Positions 8,737 through 17,629 of a stretch of DNA of 64,000 bases are shown piece after piece (the stretch's first letter is position 1; each line of letters begins with the position of its first letter). The notes below the pieces were generated by a model. It made no database searches, was not told the origin of the DNA, and saw only the letters and a list, made by a program, of their open reading frames with translations. A program made the translations under genes and the position numbers. The stretch covers positions 1-64,000 of IMG/VR virus record IMGVR_UViG_2639763012_000002. The stretch is one strand, 5' to 3'. This DNA comes from a virus. Taxonomy: Duplodnaviria > Caudoviricetes.

Positions 8737-9812
8737 AGCGGCCACGCCAGCAGGCTGGCGGTCAGCTCGTCGATCGGCACCGGGGAGTCCCCGTTGACCA
8801 GCACCTCCGCGACCAACCGGTTGTCGTCGGAGCCGGGCAGGTGGCCCTGCCAGTGGTGCGCCGCGTGGAGCCGGCCGCCGTCGTGCACCGGGGAGGAGAT
8901 CGGCCAAGACTTGGCGCGGGCCCAGACGCCATCCTTCTTCGCGTTGCGCGCGACGCGGAGCTGGATCTCCTGGCCGCGGCCCAATCCCCCGGCGCGCACC
9001 GCGAAGTCGAGGCTGAACAGGCGCTCGCCCTTCAGGAGGGTCTGCTCCCGGTCACGGTCGGACCAGCCCTTCCCTGGCGTCCAGACGCGATCCCAGGTGA
9101 TCGTGTACCACTCACCGGGGCGCAGGGTGACGCCGGACGTCCGCTCGAAGTAGGTGTGCATGGGGGTCTCCTCTGGGGGCGAGCCTCCTGGGCTCCAGTC
9201 GGCGGGATGCTTCAGGCGCTCGGCCACGCGTCGGCGGATGTCGCCCATGGAGACGCCGGGACCGCGCGGGTCGATCTTCCCCGGCTGCCATTCCAGATGG
9301 CCGATCACGGAGGTGTCTCCGTCCTTGCCCCAGTCGTGTGCGCGCAGCAGCGCGGCCGAGGCCCGGACAATCGCCTCCACCTGTTCGGCCGGCCAAGGGT
9401 CCTTGTTGTCACCGAGGTTGACGCACTCGAATCCGTAGAAGTGCTTGTTCCCGTCGGTGTCGGCCTTCTGGTCGGGAGGCAGTTTGCCTTCGGCGATCAC
9501 CGCGTCCAGCACGGCGCGGTCGCCGCTGCCGGCGTGGTTCGCCCGGCCGTGCCCGACCAGATAGACCGTGCCGTCCTTGGCGATGACGCCGTGACAGAGC
9601 GGCCCCGGCAGGGAGGAGTGCCCGTTGTAGCAGAGGTCGACCGAGCTGGCGGTGCCCGAGGTGACCGTGTGGTGGACCATGACGCCGTGCACCGGCCCCC
9701 AGGATCCGGCGTGGTTCCGGTTGTGGGTGCGCCAACTCTTGTGCTCTGCGACCCTGACGCCCTCGGCGCGTAGCGCGGCCACCAGTCGGTCAGCGGACAG
9801 CGGTGTGGCCAT
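8733..9812 (-). CDS. Endolysin, N-acetylmuramoyl-L-alanine amidase (Amidase_2)
   Basis: VMVHHT, PGPLCH, RANHAG, YGFECVN, IGHLEWQPGKIDP. Confidence 0.93.
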   Translation of the reverse strand: MATPLSADRLVAALRAEGVRVAEHKSWRTHNRNHAGSWGPVHGVMVHHTVTSGTASSVDLCYNGHSSLPGPLCHGVIAKDGTVYLVGHGRANHAGSGDRAVLDAVIAEGKLPPDQKADTDGNKHFYGFECVNLGDNKDPWPAEQVEAIVRASAALLRAHDWGKDGDTSVIGHLEWQPGKIDPRGPGVSMGDIRRRVAERLKHPADWSPGGSPPEETPMHTYFERTSGVTLRPGEWYTITWDRVWTPGKGWSDRDREQTLLKGERLFSLDFAVRAGGLGRGQEIQLRVARNAKKDGVWARAKSWPISSPVHDGGRLHAAHHWQGHLPGSDDNRLVAEVLVNGDSPVPIDELTASLLAWPL

Positions 9813-10213
9813 CAGGCACTCTCGCTGGGTGCTGGCCACGTGGCGCCGGCCGGCGTCACCGTTCCGCTGTAACGCCGCGACGCTGTCATGGGAGCCGTGG
9901 GGTGTGCTTCCAGCACGGCGGCGAGCATGGCGTCGGCCATGGCCTGTAGGACTGCGTGGTTGAGGGCACGCGAGCCGTAGCGCACGCGCACGACCCCGTC
10001 ACGGTCATGGAGCGGCCCGTCGAAGGGTGCGTCGATTTCGATCTCGACCAAGGGGTCGTCCATTGGTGCACCGTCCACGCGGAGGTAGTAGATCGCGCGC
10101 TGGGCATCCTCCGGCACGGCATCGGTATCGGTCGTACGGAGTTGCGGTGCAGCGCAGACACCTCCGCAGCAGACCTGCGGCGTGGCGAGGTTCAGAGTCC
10201 GGTCGTCCGTCAT
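9812..10213 (-). CDS. Hypothetical protein
   Basis: 133-aa ORF, RBS GGAG, TGATG-coupled to endolysin. Confidence 0.65.
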   Translation of the reverse strand: MTDDRTLNLATPQVCCGGVCAAPQLRTTDTDAVPEDAQRAIYYLRVDGAPMDDPLVEIEIDAPFDGPLHDRDGVVRVRYGSRALNHAVLQAMADAMLAAVLEAHPTAPMTASRRYSGTVTPAGATWPAPSESA

Positions 10214-10314
10214 GTGCTGCTCCGGTCGGTCGAGGGGGTGGCTGGTGAGGGAAGCGTTTCCACGTCAACGGGCCATAATGGAAAAGAATTTCCGCTACCT
10301 GGAAGTAGGTTACT

Positions 10315-10902
10315 GTGGCCGATCACCACCCAGGCGAACAGCAACCCCGCGACGAGGCCCACGAGTTCGAGCCGTGGCAGCAGCGCCCCGACGAGGAGGC
10401 CGCCGAGCACGAGCTGTTCATGAGGTTCTGCGGGTTGCTCGATGACCGCCTGGACCGAGTCGCCGACGCCCTGGGTGAGCCCCTCAACCGCATCGCGCCC
10501 CTGTACGATCGGCATGCCTGGGCGCCCCGCCGTGACGCCTACTGGGACCACCGCACCCAGCGCGCTGCCGACTCCCGGGTACGGCAACTCACCGCCCTGT
10601 CGGAGCAGATGGTGGCGCTGGCCGCCGTCGCCATCGCCAAGGCAACCAGGGCGACCCACACGCTGGATGCGGACATGCTCACGCCGCTGGACATCTCCCG
10701 CCTGTCCGCGTCCGCGTCCCGCCTAGCCGAGTCCGCCGCCACCCTCACCGGCATCCGCTCGGTCGTCTCCACCCTCAACCCGGCCGAGGAGGGCGTCACC
10801 AACGACGAGATCGCGGCCCGCATCGATCAGCTCCTGGAGCGCGCCGACGGGGACCGTATCGCCGACCTGGAGCGCCTGGTCACCGGCGGCCGGCCGTCGT
10901 GA
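10315..10902 (+). CDS. Putative terminase small subunit
   Basis: Helical 195-aa ORF GTGA-coupled to TerL; WAPRRDAYWD motif. Confidence 0.6.
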   Translation: MADHHPGEQQPRDEAHEFEPWQQRPDEEAAEHELFMRFCGLLDDRLDRVADALGEPLNRIAPLYDRHAWAPRRDAYWDHRTQRAADSRVRQLTALSEQMVALAAVAIAKATRATHTLDADMLTPLDISRLSASASRLAESAATLTGIRSVVSTLNPAEEGVTNDEIAARIDQLLERADGDRIADLERLVTGGRPS

Positions 10903-12395
10903 GCACGCCGGCCGTCTCGGACCGCATCCGGGACATGCTCGCCCTCAACGCCCCGCACCTGACGGCCGCGCGCCTCGAACCGTCCTGGGAGCTGCGGGAC
11001 CACACGCGACTCATCGGCGAGGCCCTGGCCACAGCCGCCAGCACTCCTGGGGCGCGGGTCGCGATCTCCTGCCCCCCACAGGTCGGCAAGAGCCAACTCT
11101 CCGCAATTTGGGCGCCGTTCTGGATGCTCGCCCGCTCCCCAGGGCGGCGCATCATCACCACCAGCTACGGCACCGACCTCGCCACCCGCAACGGCCGCGC
11201 CGTCCGCGCCCTGGTCCGCGACTACGGCGCCCGGTACGGGCTGGAGTTGGAGCACGGCACCGCATCCGCAGCCGAGTGGTACACCCCCCAAGGCGGCGGC
11301 GTGAAGAGCGCGGGCGTCGGCGCTGGCATCACCGGCTTCCCGGCCGACGTACTGCTCGTCGACGACGTATACAAGAACCGGGCAGAAGCCGAATCCCCCG
11401 CGACGCGCGAAGCGGTCTGGGAGTGGCTGTCCGGCTCGGCACTCACCCGGCTCGCCCCCCACGCCCCGGTCGTCATGATCGGCACCCTGTGGACCCCCGA
11501 CGACCCGATGCTGCGCCTCATCGACCGCGAGGGCCGCATCGAGGACGGCGGACGATGGCGCGTCATCACCCTCCCGGCCTTGGCCGACCGCGAACTCACC
11601 CCACACGGCGACCCGCTGGGGCGGGCGGACGGTGAACCGCTGCCCCACCCGATGATCCCCGAGGGGGACGTTGAGGCGCTGCGCGCCCACTGGGCCGACA
11701 AGCAGACATCGGTGCTGCCCAGGGACTGGGAGTCGCTGTACCAGTGCAACCCGAGCCCGCGTGAGGGCGCGTTGGTCTCGTGGGACGTGATTGAGGCGGC
11801 GACCGTCGCGCCGTCCGCCGTCCCCCATGCCGTGCGCACCATCGTGACCGTCGACCCGGCCGGCGGCGGAGAGGACGAGGTCGGCATCACCGTAGCGATC
11901 CTCGGGGCAGACGACTGCTGCTACATCGTCGCGGACGCCTCCGGCGCCATGCCGGTGACGGAGTGGCCCGACCGCGTCTGCGACCAGGCAGAGGAGTACC
12001 AGGCCGACAGGATCGTGCTGGAGACCAACTACGGCGGCCAGTTGACCGTGCAGCCGATCCGCGTGGCATGGCAGGCGCGGGAGCGCACGTGCATGATGCC
12101 GGCCATCCACACCGTCACCGCCAAGCGCGGCAAAATCCTGCGGGCCGAACCGATCGCCCAGCAGATGGCCATGGGGCGATTCCGGATCGTGCGCGGTCTG
12201 ACGAAGTTGGCGCGGCAGTGGGCCTCGTACCGGCCTGGGCAGCCCAGCCCCGGTCGGCTCGATGCCAGCGTGTATGCCGCGATCGACCTGCTGCGCCCGC
12301 CAGCCGGGCACCTGGTGAGGCAGTCCGGGCCGCGCCGTATCGAGCAGATCGTGCGGCCCCCGTCCCCGGACCAGCGCCGCATCCCCGGTCGCTAA
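10899..12395 (+). CDS. terL: Terminase large subunit
   Basis: Walker A SCPPQVGKS, Walker B VLLVDD, GTLW coupling motif, SLYQCNP, nuclease VTVDPA, ETNYGG, RAEP, RLDA. Confidence 0.95.
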   Translation: MSTPAVSDRIRDMLALNAPHLTAARLEPSWELRDHTRLIGEALATAASTPGARVAISCPPQVGKSQLSAIWAPFWMLARSPGRRIITTSYGTDLATRNGRAVRALVRDYGARYGLELEHGTASAAEWYTPQGGGVKSAGVGAGITGFPADVLLVDDVYKNRAEAESPATREAVWEWLSGSALTRLAPHAPVVMIGTLWTPDDPMLRLIDREGRIEDGGRWRVITLPALADRELTPHGDPLGRADGEPLPHPMIPEGDVEALRAHWADKQTSVLPRDWESLYQCNPSPREGALVSWDVIEAATVAPSAVPHAVRTIVTVDPAGGGEDEVGITVAILGADDCCYIVADASGAMPVTEWPDRVCDQAEEYQADRIVLETNYGGQLTVQPIRVAWQARERTCMMPAIHTVTAKRGKILRAEPIAQQMAMGRFRIVRGLTKLARQWASYRPGQPSPGRLDASVYAAIDLLRPPAGHLVRQSGPRRIEQIVRPPSPDQRRIPGR

Positions 12396-12757
12396 GAGGA
12401 GCGGCGGCGCACCGGGTAGGGCTGGGCCCGCTCCAGCGCCTCGACCAGCCACGGCTGGCCGGCCGCGCCCCGCACCCGGCGCACGAACCTGGGGTACGGC
12501 GGCGGCAACGGCCCCAACGCCTTCCCCGGCTTCGCGCGGATAGGGCCGCGGCCTTCGTGCACGTAGATCGCGTACGGTGCCGAGTTCCACACCCGCCCGA
12601 CGATAACGGGCCCTGAGTCGTCAACGTCCATGTGGTGGGAGCGCTGCAACTCCCCCCGGCCACTGCCCGGGGTGGTGCGCTCCGCTTCGGCGAGCACGTC
12701 GGCGGTGAGCTGGCGGACGTGGTCGGCGACGATGCGCCGCAGCTCGGCGTCATTCAT
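12392..12757 (-). CDS. HK97 gp10-like neck/tail-completion protein
   Basis: TPGSGRGELQRS, NSAPYAIYVHEG, GQPWLVEAL. Confidence 0.75.
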   Translation of the reverse strand: MNDAELRRIVADHVRQLTADVLAEAERTTPGSGRGELQRSHHMDVDDSGPVIVGRVWNSAPYAIYVHEGRGPIRAKPGKALGPLPPPYPRFVRRVRGAAGQPWLVEALERAQPYPVRRRSS

Positions 12758-12807
12758 GCGGGTCAGTCTCGCCACAACAGGCCGCCAATCGGTCTCGTGT
12801 AGGGGGA

Positions 12808-12853
12808 GGGTTGGGTGCCCACGGCACGGGGGGAGGTGGTGGGCACCCAACCC
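12808..12853. terminator. 15-bp inverted repeat, terminator or RNA-processing stem
   Basis: gggttgggtgcccac ... gtgggcacccaaccc, intergenic. Confidence 0.6.
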
Positions 12854-12856
12854 GGT

Positions 12857-13078
12857 CTACTCGGGCTGCACGTCCTCGGCGCGCAGCGCCTCACCGCCAT
12901 ACAGGGTGGCGGCCTGCTGCGCTTCGGACTCGGTCGCGTAGTACGACATCGCGCCGCCGCTGGCTGCGCGGTGGATCCACGGCAACCGGCCCTTACGGGA
13001 CGCCATTCGCGCCGGCCGTCCGCCGGCCACCGTGGTGGTGGTGCGGGTCTTGCGCGCCCCGCCGCAGCAACCTGCCAT
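12857..13078 (-). CDS. Small virion-associated protein
   Basis: MAGCCGG N-terminus seen in actinophage head clusters; RBS AAGGGG. Confidence 0.6.
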   Translation of the reverse strand: MAGCCGGARKTRTTTTVAGGRPARMASRKGRLPWIHRAASGGAMSYYATESEAQQAATLYGGEALRAEDVQPE

Positions 13079-13079
13079 G

Positions 13080-15335
13080 TCAGTTCCCCTTCTTCCGGGC
13101 CTTGTACTCGGACAGCAGGCGGCACGCCATCATGCGCACCCCCACGTGCTCGACCGCGTCCGACCGGCAGATCGACTCCGCTGCCCGCACAGCCGCGCTG
13201 CGCGCCTGCGGCGACGACGTACCGGCCTCCGTAAGCCAGTCCGCCAGCACCTGTAGCGGGCGCGGCAGGTCCACACCGGGCAGCACATGAGCGGCGGTCA
13301 CGCTCCCATCGGCCAGGGCCTCCCGTGCGGCCGCCGCCAGCTCGGCCGGCACACCGTCAGGAAGGGGCGGCCCGTCCTGCTCGGCCGGTTCGGTGCGCGC
13401 CGGCTCCCCGCCGCCGTTGTCGCTCTCAGGTGCCGGTGGTGCGTCGGCGCTGGATACGGCGGTGGCGATGATGCGGCGCAGCGTCTCGGCAGCCGCGCCC
13501 ATCTGCTCCGCCAGCTCCCGCAGGACGTCGACACTGCCGGCGCCGCCAGCTGCGGCGGCCAGCGACGCGGCCAACTCCCATGAGCCCGACTTCGACCGCT
13601 GCGGGAAACCGGGGCGCGGGACGGCCGTGACCGCGACCAGCTCCATCGGAGCGCCCAACTGCGTTTCCGACCAGTGTCCGGAGACCGGCATCAGCCGCAG
13701 CCGCGTCATCCGGTCCGCGTCACGCAGCACCTCGGGCAGGACCGCTCCGGCCATCCAGATCCCGGTGTCGTCCTCGCCGACGATGACCGCGGCAGCAGTC
13801 GCCAGTGGGTTGTCGTAGTGCGCGACCTGGTCGGCGAGATCGCCGTCAGCGGTGCCGTGCCCGATGTCGGTGGTCAGCGCCCCAGGGTGCAGCTGGCTGC
13901 CGTCGTCGAGCGTGAGGATCACGTTGCCAGCGTGGAAGTAGCCGTAGGAGCCGCCCTTGGGCACGTGGATCGCCTCGCCGTTGGGGGCGTACCCGGCGTG
14001 CACCATGGGGCGGCCGTCCACATCCAGCCAGGGGGCGACGTAGCCCGACACCCGGCCCTCCGGCGACACCAGCGGGCCGTCCTCACCGGCCGGGGGCTGG
14101 AACCACTCGGCCGGCGGACGCCACTCGGGCGCTGCTTCGATCGCCTGACCCAGCGCGGACGCGGCGAGGGAGCGGCGTCGCGCGGACTCCGCGATGCGCA
14201 GTGCGTCATCCCGCGCGGCAGCCAGGGCCTTCATCAGGTGCTCGCTCGTCTCCGGCGCGGCGATGATGGCGGCCCGCAGCGCAGCAGCGACGGCCTCCTC
14301 GCGCTGCCACGGGGAGATGATCTCCTCGTCCCCCCACTCGGCAGCAGCGCGCACGTACAGGGAGTCCAGCACCTCGCGTAGCTGCGCGGCCTCCTCGTCG
14401 GCCAGGCCGAGTTCGCCGCCCTGCACCAGGTCGGCAGCTGCGGCGACCGCGTCCCACACCAGCACCAGCTGGCCGTCGACGATGTCCGCGACGGGCAGCA
14501 GCCAGTCGGCAGGCGGTCCGTCGGTACGCCACAGGTAGGCGCGCGCCAGCTGGTCCTCTTCCAGCTCCCCATCGTCGGTGGCCCATTCCTGGAGCCGGGA
14601 CAGTGCCTCGTCCGGCTCCCATGGGGTGTCTCGTGGCGCCCATGGCGCCTCCAGGTCGGCGGTCACCGCCGCCGTGACCTTCGGTTGGGTAGCAGCGGTC
14701 ACGCTGTCCTCCTGAGTGATGAGATACATGTCGCAGCGGCAGCGGAGCACCTCGTCGGCCGGACCCGACGGGTCGCCCGGGTACTGGAGACTGGCGCTGC
14801 CGATACGGAACGGGGTGTCGATGGGGACGGTCTGTCCGGACGCGGCCCGGTGGGAGCGGCGGGTGCGGTCATCGCCGCGGGACCGCCACCGTTTGCGGGT
14901 CCCGCCGGGTGCGGTGTCGGCCGCGGCCTGCATGGCAGTGACCTGGGCCTCGTGGCTGCCGATCAGCGCTGCGCGGGACCGCCATGGCAGGGCGTCCCCG
15001 TCTGAGCCGGCCCAGTCGGGGGAGAGCACGGCGTCACCATGCTGGGCGTGGGCGGCCCGCACATCGGCCGGCACCGTGGATGCCGCCAGCCGGTCCACCA
15101 TGCCGCCGACGAACCGGGCGACCGTGTCATCGTCCGGGGCTGTTGCGGCAGCTGCGAGGTAGAAGCGGCGGGAGACCGGGGCAACGATCCGCTCCACCAG
15201 GCCGCGCCACGCCCCTGTTGCGGGCCACGCGACGGCAGCCGTCACGCGGGCCTGACCGAGCCATTCCGTGATGGCCTCCTCGACCGCGCCAGTCAGCTCG
15301 TCCTCGCCGACCGGCTGCACCCGCTGTTCAGGCAT
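13080..15335 (-). CDS. MuF-like head morphogenesis domain fused to capsid maturation protease-like domain
   Basis: KRWRSRGDDRTRRSH..YPGDPSGPADEVLRCRC (MuF); GEDDTGIWMAG..PVSGHW..VPRPGFP protease-like region. Confidence 0.8.
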   Translation of the reverse strand: MPEQRVQPVGEDELTGAVEEAITEWLGQARVTAAVAWPATGAWRGLVERIVAPVSRRFYLAAAATAPDDDTVARFVGGMVDRLAASTVPADVRAAHAQHGDAVLSPDWAGSDGDALPWRSRAALIGSHEAQVTAMQAAADTAPGGTRKRWRSRGDDRTRRSHRAASGQTVPIDTPFRIGSASLQYPGDPSGPADEVLRCRCDMYLITQEDSVTAATQPKVTAAVTADLEAPWAPRDTPWEPDEALSRLQEWATDDGELEEDQLARAYLWRTDGPPADWLLPVADIVDGQLVLVWDAVAAAADLVQGGELGLADEEAAQLREVLDSLYVRAAAEWGDEEIISPWQREEAVAAALRAAIIAAPETSEHLMKALAAARDDALRIAESARRRSLAASALGQAIEAAPEWRPPAEWFQPPAGEDGPLVSPEGRVSGYVAPWLDVDGRPMVHAGYAPNGEAIHVPKGGSYGYFHAGNVILTLDDGSQLHPGALTTDIGHGTADGDLADQVAHYDNPLATAAAVIVGEDDTGIWMAGAVLPEVLRDADRMTRLRLMPVSGHWSETQLGAPMELVAVTAVPRPGFPQRSKSGSWELAASLAAAAGGAGSVDVLRELAEQMGAAAETLRRIIATAVSSADAPPAPESDNGGGEPARTEPAEQDGPPLPDGVPAELAAAAREALADGSVTAAHVLPGVDLPRPLQVLADWLTEAGTSSPQARSAAVRAAESICRSDAVEHVGVRMMACRLLSEYKARKKGN

Positions 15336-17184
15336 CAGTCGGCTCCAGCAGCGCCTCGTTGTCGCGCATCGCGGACTCCTCGGCGACGCGCGACAGGGTG
15401 TCGGCCAGCAGGTCACGCGAGTGGGGTATCTGGTTGTCGATGAGGTAGTCCACATAGGACGACACCAGCGGTACGACTCCGGGGAGTGTGTCCTCCCACA
15501 CCGTGTACGCGCCCTTCAGCATCCGGTCCTTCATGGCTGCGGTCACCGGCAGGTGCGCGTGCATCTGGATGATGGGTACCTCACGCAGCTCCGGTCGTAC
15601 CGAGCGGGAGTGCGCGCGCCACAGGCGGTTGTTAGCACGCTCCAGTACCCGGATGACAGCGGCCTCGACGCCGGTGAGCAATGCCTCGGCGGGGTCGGGG
15701 GGCATGATCGGCGGGTCCATAGACAGCAGGTTGGCGGTTGCGCTAGGAGCTGCGGGGCGCTGTGGGCGGCCTGGAGTAGTGGGCGGCTCGGCAGCTTCCT
15801 GAGTGTCCGTGCTCTGGTCTGTGGAGTTGCCCTCGCCGCTGCCGGGCTGGTCCTGCGCGGCGTCGGTGGGGCGCGTATCGGTGTAGCCAGAGACGTCGTA
15901 GCCGAGGACAGGCAGCAGGTAGGGGGCCTGACTGGGGGCGTTGCGCACGACGTCTTCGATCAGATTCTGTAGGCGCTCGTCCGCAGACGGTAGGTCCTGC
16001 TCACTGAATCCCTCGTAGCGGGCCCACGCCTCGTTGGACAGCAGGCCGTTCTGTCGGGCGCTGCGCGCGGCTTGGGAGCGGTCAGGGGGCACGATGAGGT
16101 CGGTCAGGTCAGGCCGTACAGCTACGCGGGGGAGCGTGATGCCGCGGCGTTTCAGCTCGGGCCGCAGGATTCCGATGGTGGCGGCGTGAGTGATCAGGTC
16201 TGCCTCGGGCTCGACCATCGTCGTGACGGCCTGGTCCACGATTTCGAACGCGTTCCAGTGGTTGCTGCCTCCCAGGCCGAGAACGATCTCCGGTGGCAGA
16301 GACATCGACATGGCCATGCGGCGCAGCCCCTGCTCCAGGTGCTCAGTGAGTTTGCCGTCCAGCTCGGAGGCCATGGTGATCCAGCGGATGCCGGCGATGT
16401 CCTCGCGTGCGCCAACCAGGGTGAACGGGACGACGGATGAGGCCAGCCCGCGGTCGGTCATGGGCTGGACCATCGCCTCCTCCAGTGCGGTGATCACGTC
16501 TGGTGGGCGAACGGGGTTGGGCTGCCCCTCGGAGGTGGGTACGGGGGTCGATAGCCCGTCGGGTAGGCCGAGGATTCCATTGCCGGCGAGGCGGGACTCG
16601 TTGACGGCGATGGAGCGGGCTGTCAGCGCGATGATCTGCCGCAGTAGCGGCTCCATCGCCAGCACCTGGGAGTGGGCGCGCCAGCCGTGCTCGGGGTCGG
16701 GGTGCCACAGGCGGACCATGCGGTCGGCGTGGATCGGAGCCCATGAGGCGGCGTCGGTCTGGTACTCCAGGCCGGCGACGCCCGTGCGCAGTTCAGAGGG
16801 GCAGGCCACCGCCCACGCAGTGTCCCGGCTGTCGTTGTAGGGGAACAGGAAAGTTTCGCCCGCGACCTTGAGGTGGGTGACGATGCGGCGGAGGATCTCG
16901 CCTTGGGCGGCGCCGTCGCCGAACACCTCGTCCACGATCGCGGTGACGTTGGGGTCGGTGACGCGTTCGTAGTCTCCGTCGGTCTGTCGTAGCGCGACGT
17001 AGAGCCGGGCGCGGGATACCGCGTTGGCCAGCCACTCGATTCCCGATTGAAGTTCGGGGACTAGGCGGTACAGATCCCACGGGGCGCCGGCCACGGTGCG
17101 GGTGGGGAGGTAGCCGGCGACGCCACGTGGGTCGACGGTGGCTGCGGCGACGATGCGACGTCGGGGCGTCCTGACTACTCCCAC
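15328..17184 (-). CDS. Portal protein
   Basis: WLANAVSRARLY, HLKVAGE, RLWHPDP, SRLAGNGIL, PPEIVLGLGGSNHWNA actinophage portal motifs. Confidence 0.85.
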   Translation of the reverse strand: MGVVRTPRRRIVAAATVDPRGVAGYLPTRTVAGAPWDLYRLVPELQSGIEWLANAVSRARLYVALRQTDGDYERVTDPNVTAIVDEVFGDGAAQGEILRRIVTHLKVAGETFLFPYNDSRDTAWAVACPSELRTGVAGLEYQTDAASWAPIHADRMVRLWHPDPEHGWRAHSQVLAMEPLLRQIIALTARSIAVNESRLAGNGILGLPDGLSTPVPTSEGQPNPVRPPDVITALEEAMVQPMTDRGLASSVVPFTLVGAREDIAGIRWITMASELDGKLTEHLEQGLRRMAMSMSLPPEIVLGLGGSNHWNAFEIVDQAVTTMVEPEADLITHAATIGILRPELKRRGITLPRVAVRPDLTDLIVPPDRSQAARSARQNGLLSNEAWARYEGFSEQDLPSADERLQNLIEDVVRNAPSQAPYLLPVLGYDVSGYTDTRPTDAAQDQPGSGEGNSTDQSTDTQEAAEPPTTPGRPQRPAAPSATANLLSMDPPIMPPDPAEALLTGVEAAVIRVLERANNRLWRAHSRSVRPELREVPIIQMHAHLPVTAAMKDRMLKGAYTVWEDTLPGVVPLVSSYVDYLIDNQIPHSRDLLADTLSRVAEESAMRDNEALLEPTDA

Positions 17185-17532
17185 TCAGCGCTCCAGGATG
17201 CCGTTGGTTTGGTCGGTGTAGTCGCTGGCTAGCTGGGCGATCGCGAGGGTTGTCACGGGGTAGAGCCACCAACTCCAGCTCATGTGGTGGTGGACATAGG
17301 CGGTGACGGCGGCAGAGAACCAGATGCCGGTGCACCAGTGGCACATGAGGAGAGCGGTGGCCCAGCGTGCCGCCGCTGCGTGGGGGGCGCGCGCTTTGAG
17401 GGCGTGGCGCAGCGGGGCCGTGATGATGTCTCTCACGGCCAGCCGATTGAGGCGCGCGAGGGCGAGGACGGCGAGCGCCCCTACTGCGAAGTCAAATACC
17501 ACTCGGTCATGGTACCTAGGCACCTTAGACAT
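17185..17532 (-). CDS. DUF1360-like membrane protein
   Basis: ARLNRLAVRDIITAPLR..LLMCHWCTGIW. Confidence 0.75.
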   Translation of the reverse strand: MSKVPRYHDRVVFDFAVGALAVLALARLNRLAVRDIITAPLRHALKARAPHAAAARWATALLMCHWCTGIWFSAAVTAYVHHHMSWSWWLYPVTTLAIAQLASDYTDQTNGILER

Positions 17533-17629
17533 TTGGATAAACGCATGGGTAGCCTGTTGATGTCTGCTGACTGGTGACTCTGGGCCGGGCGACGAGGAAT
17601 CGCCCTTCTATGTCCAGAGGTAGACCGAA

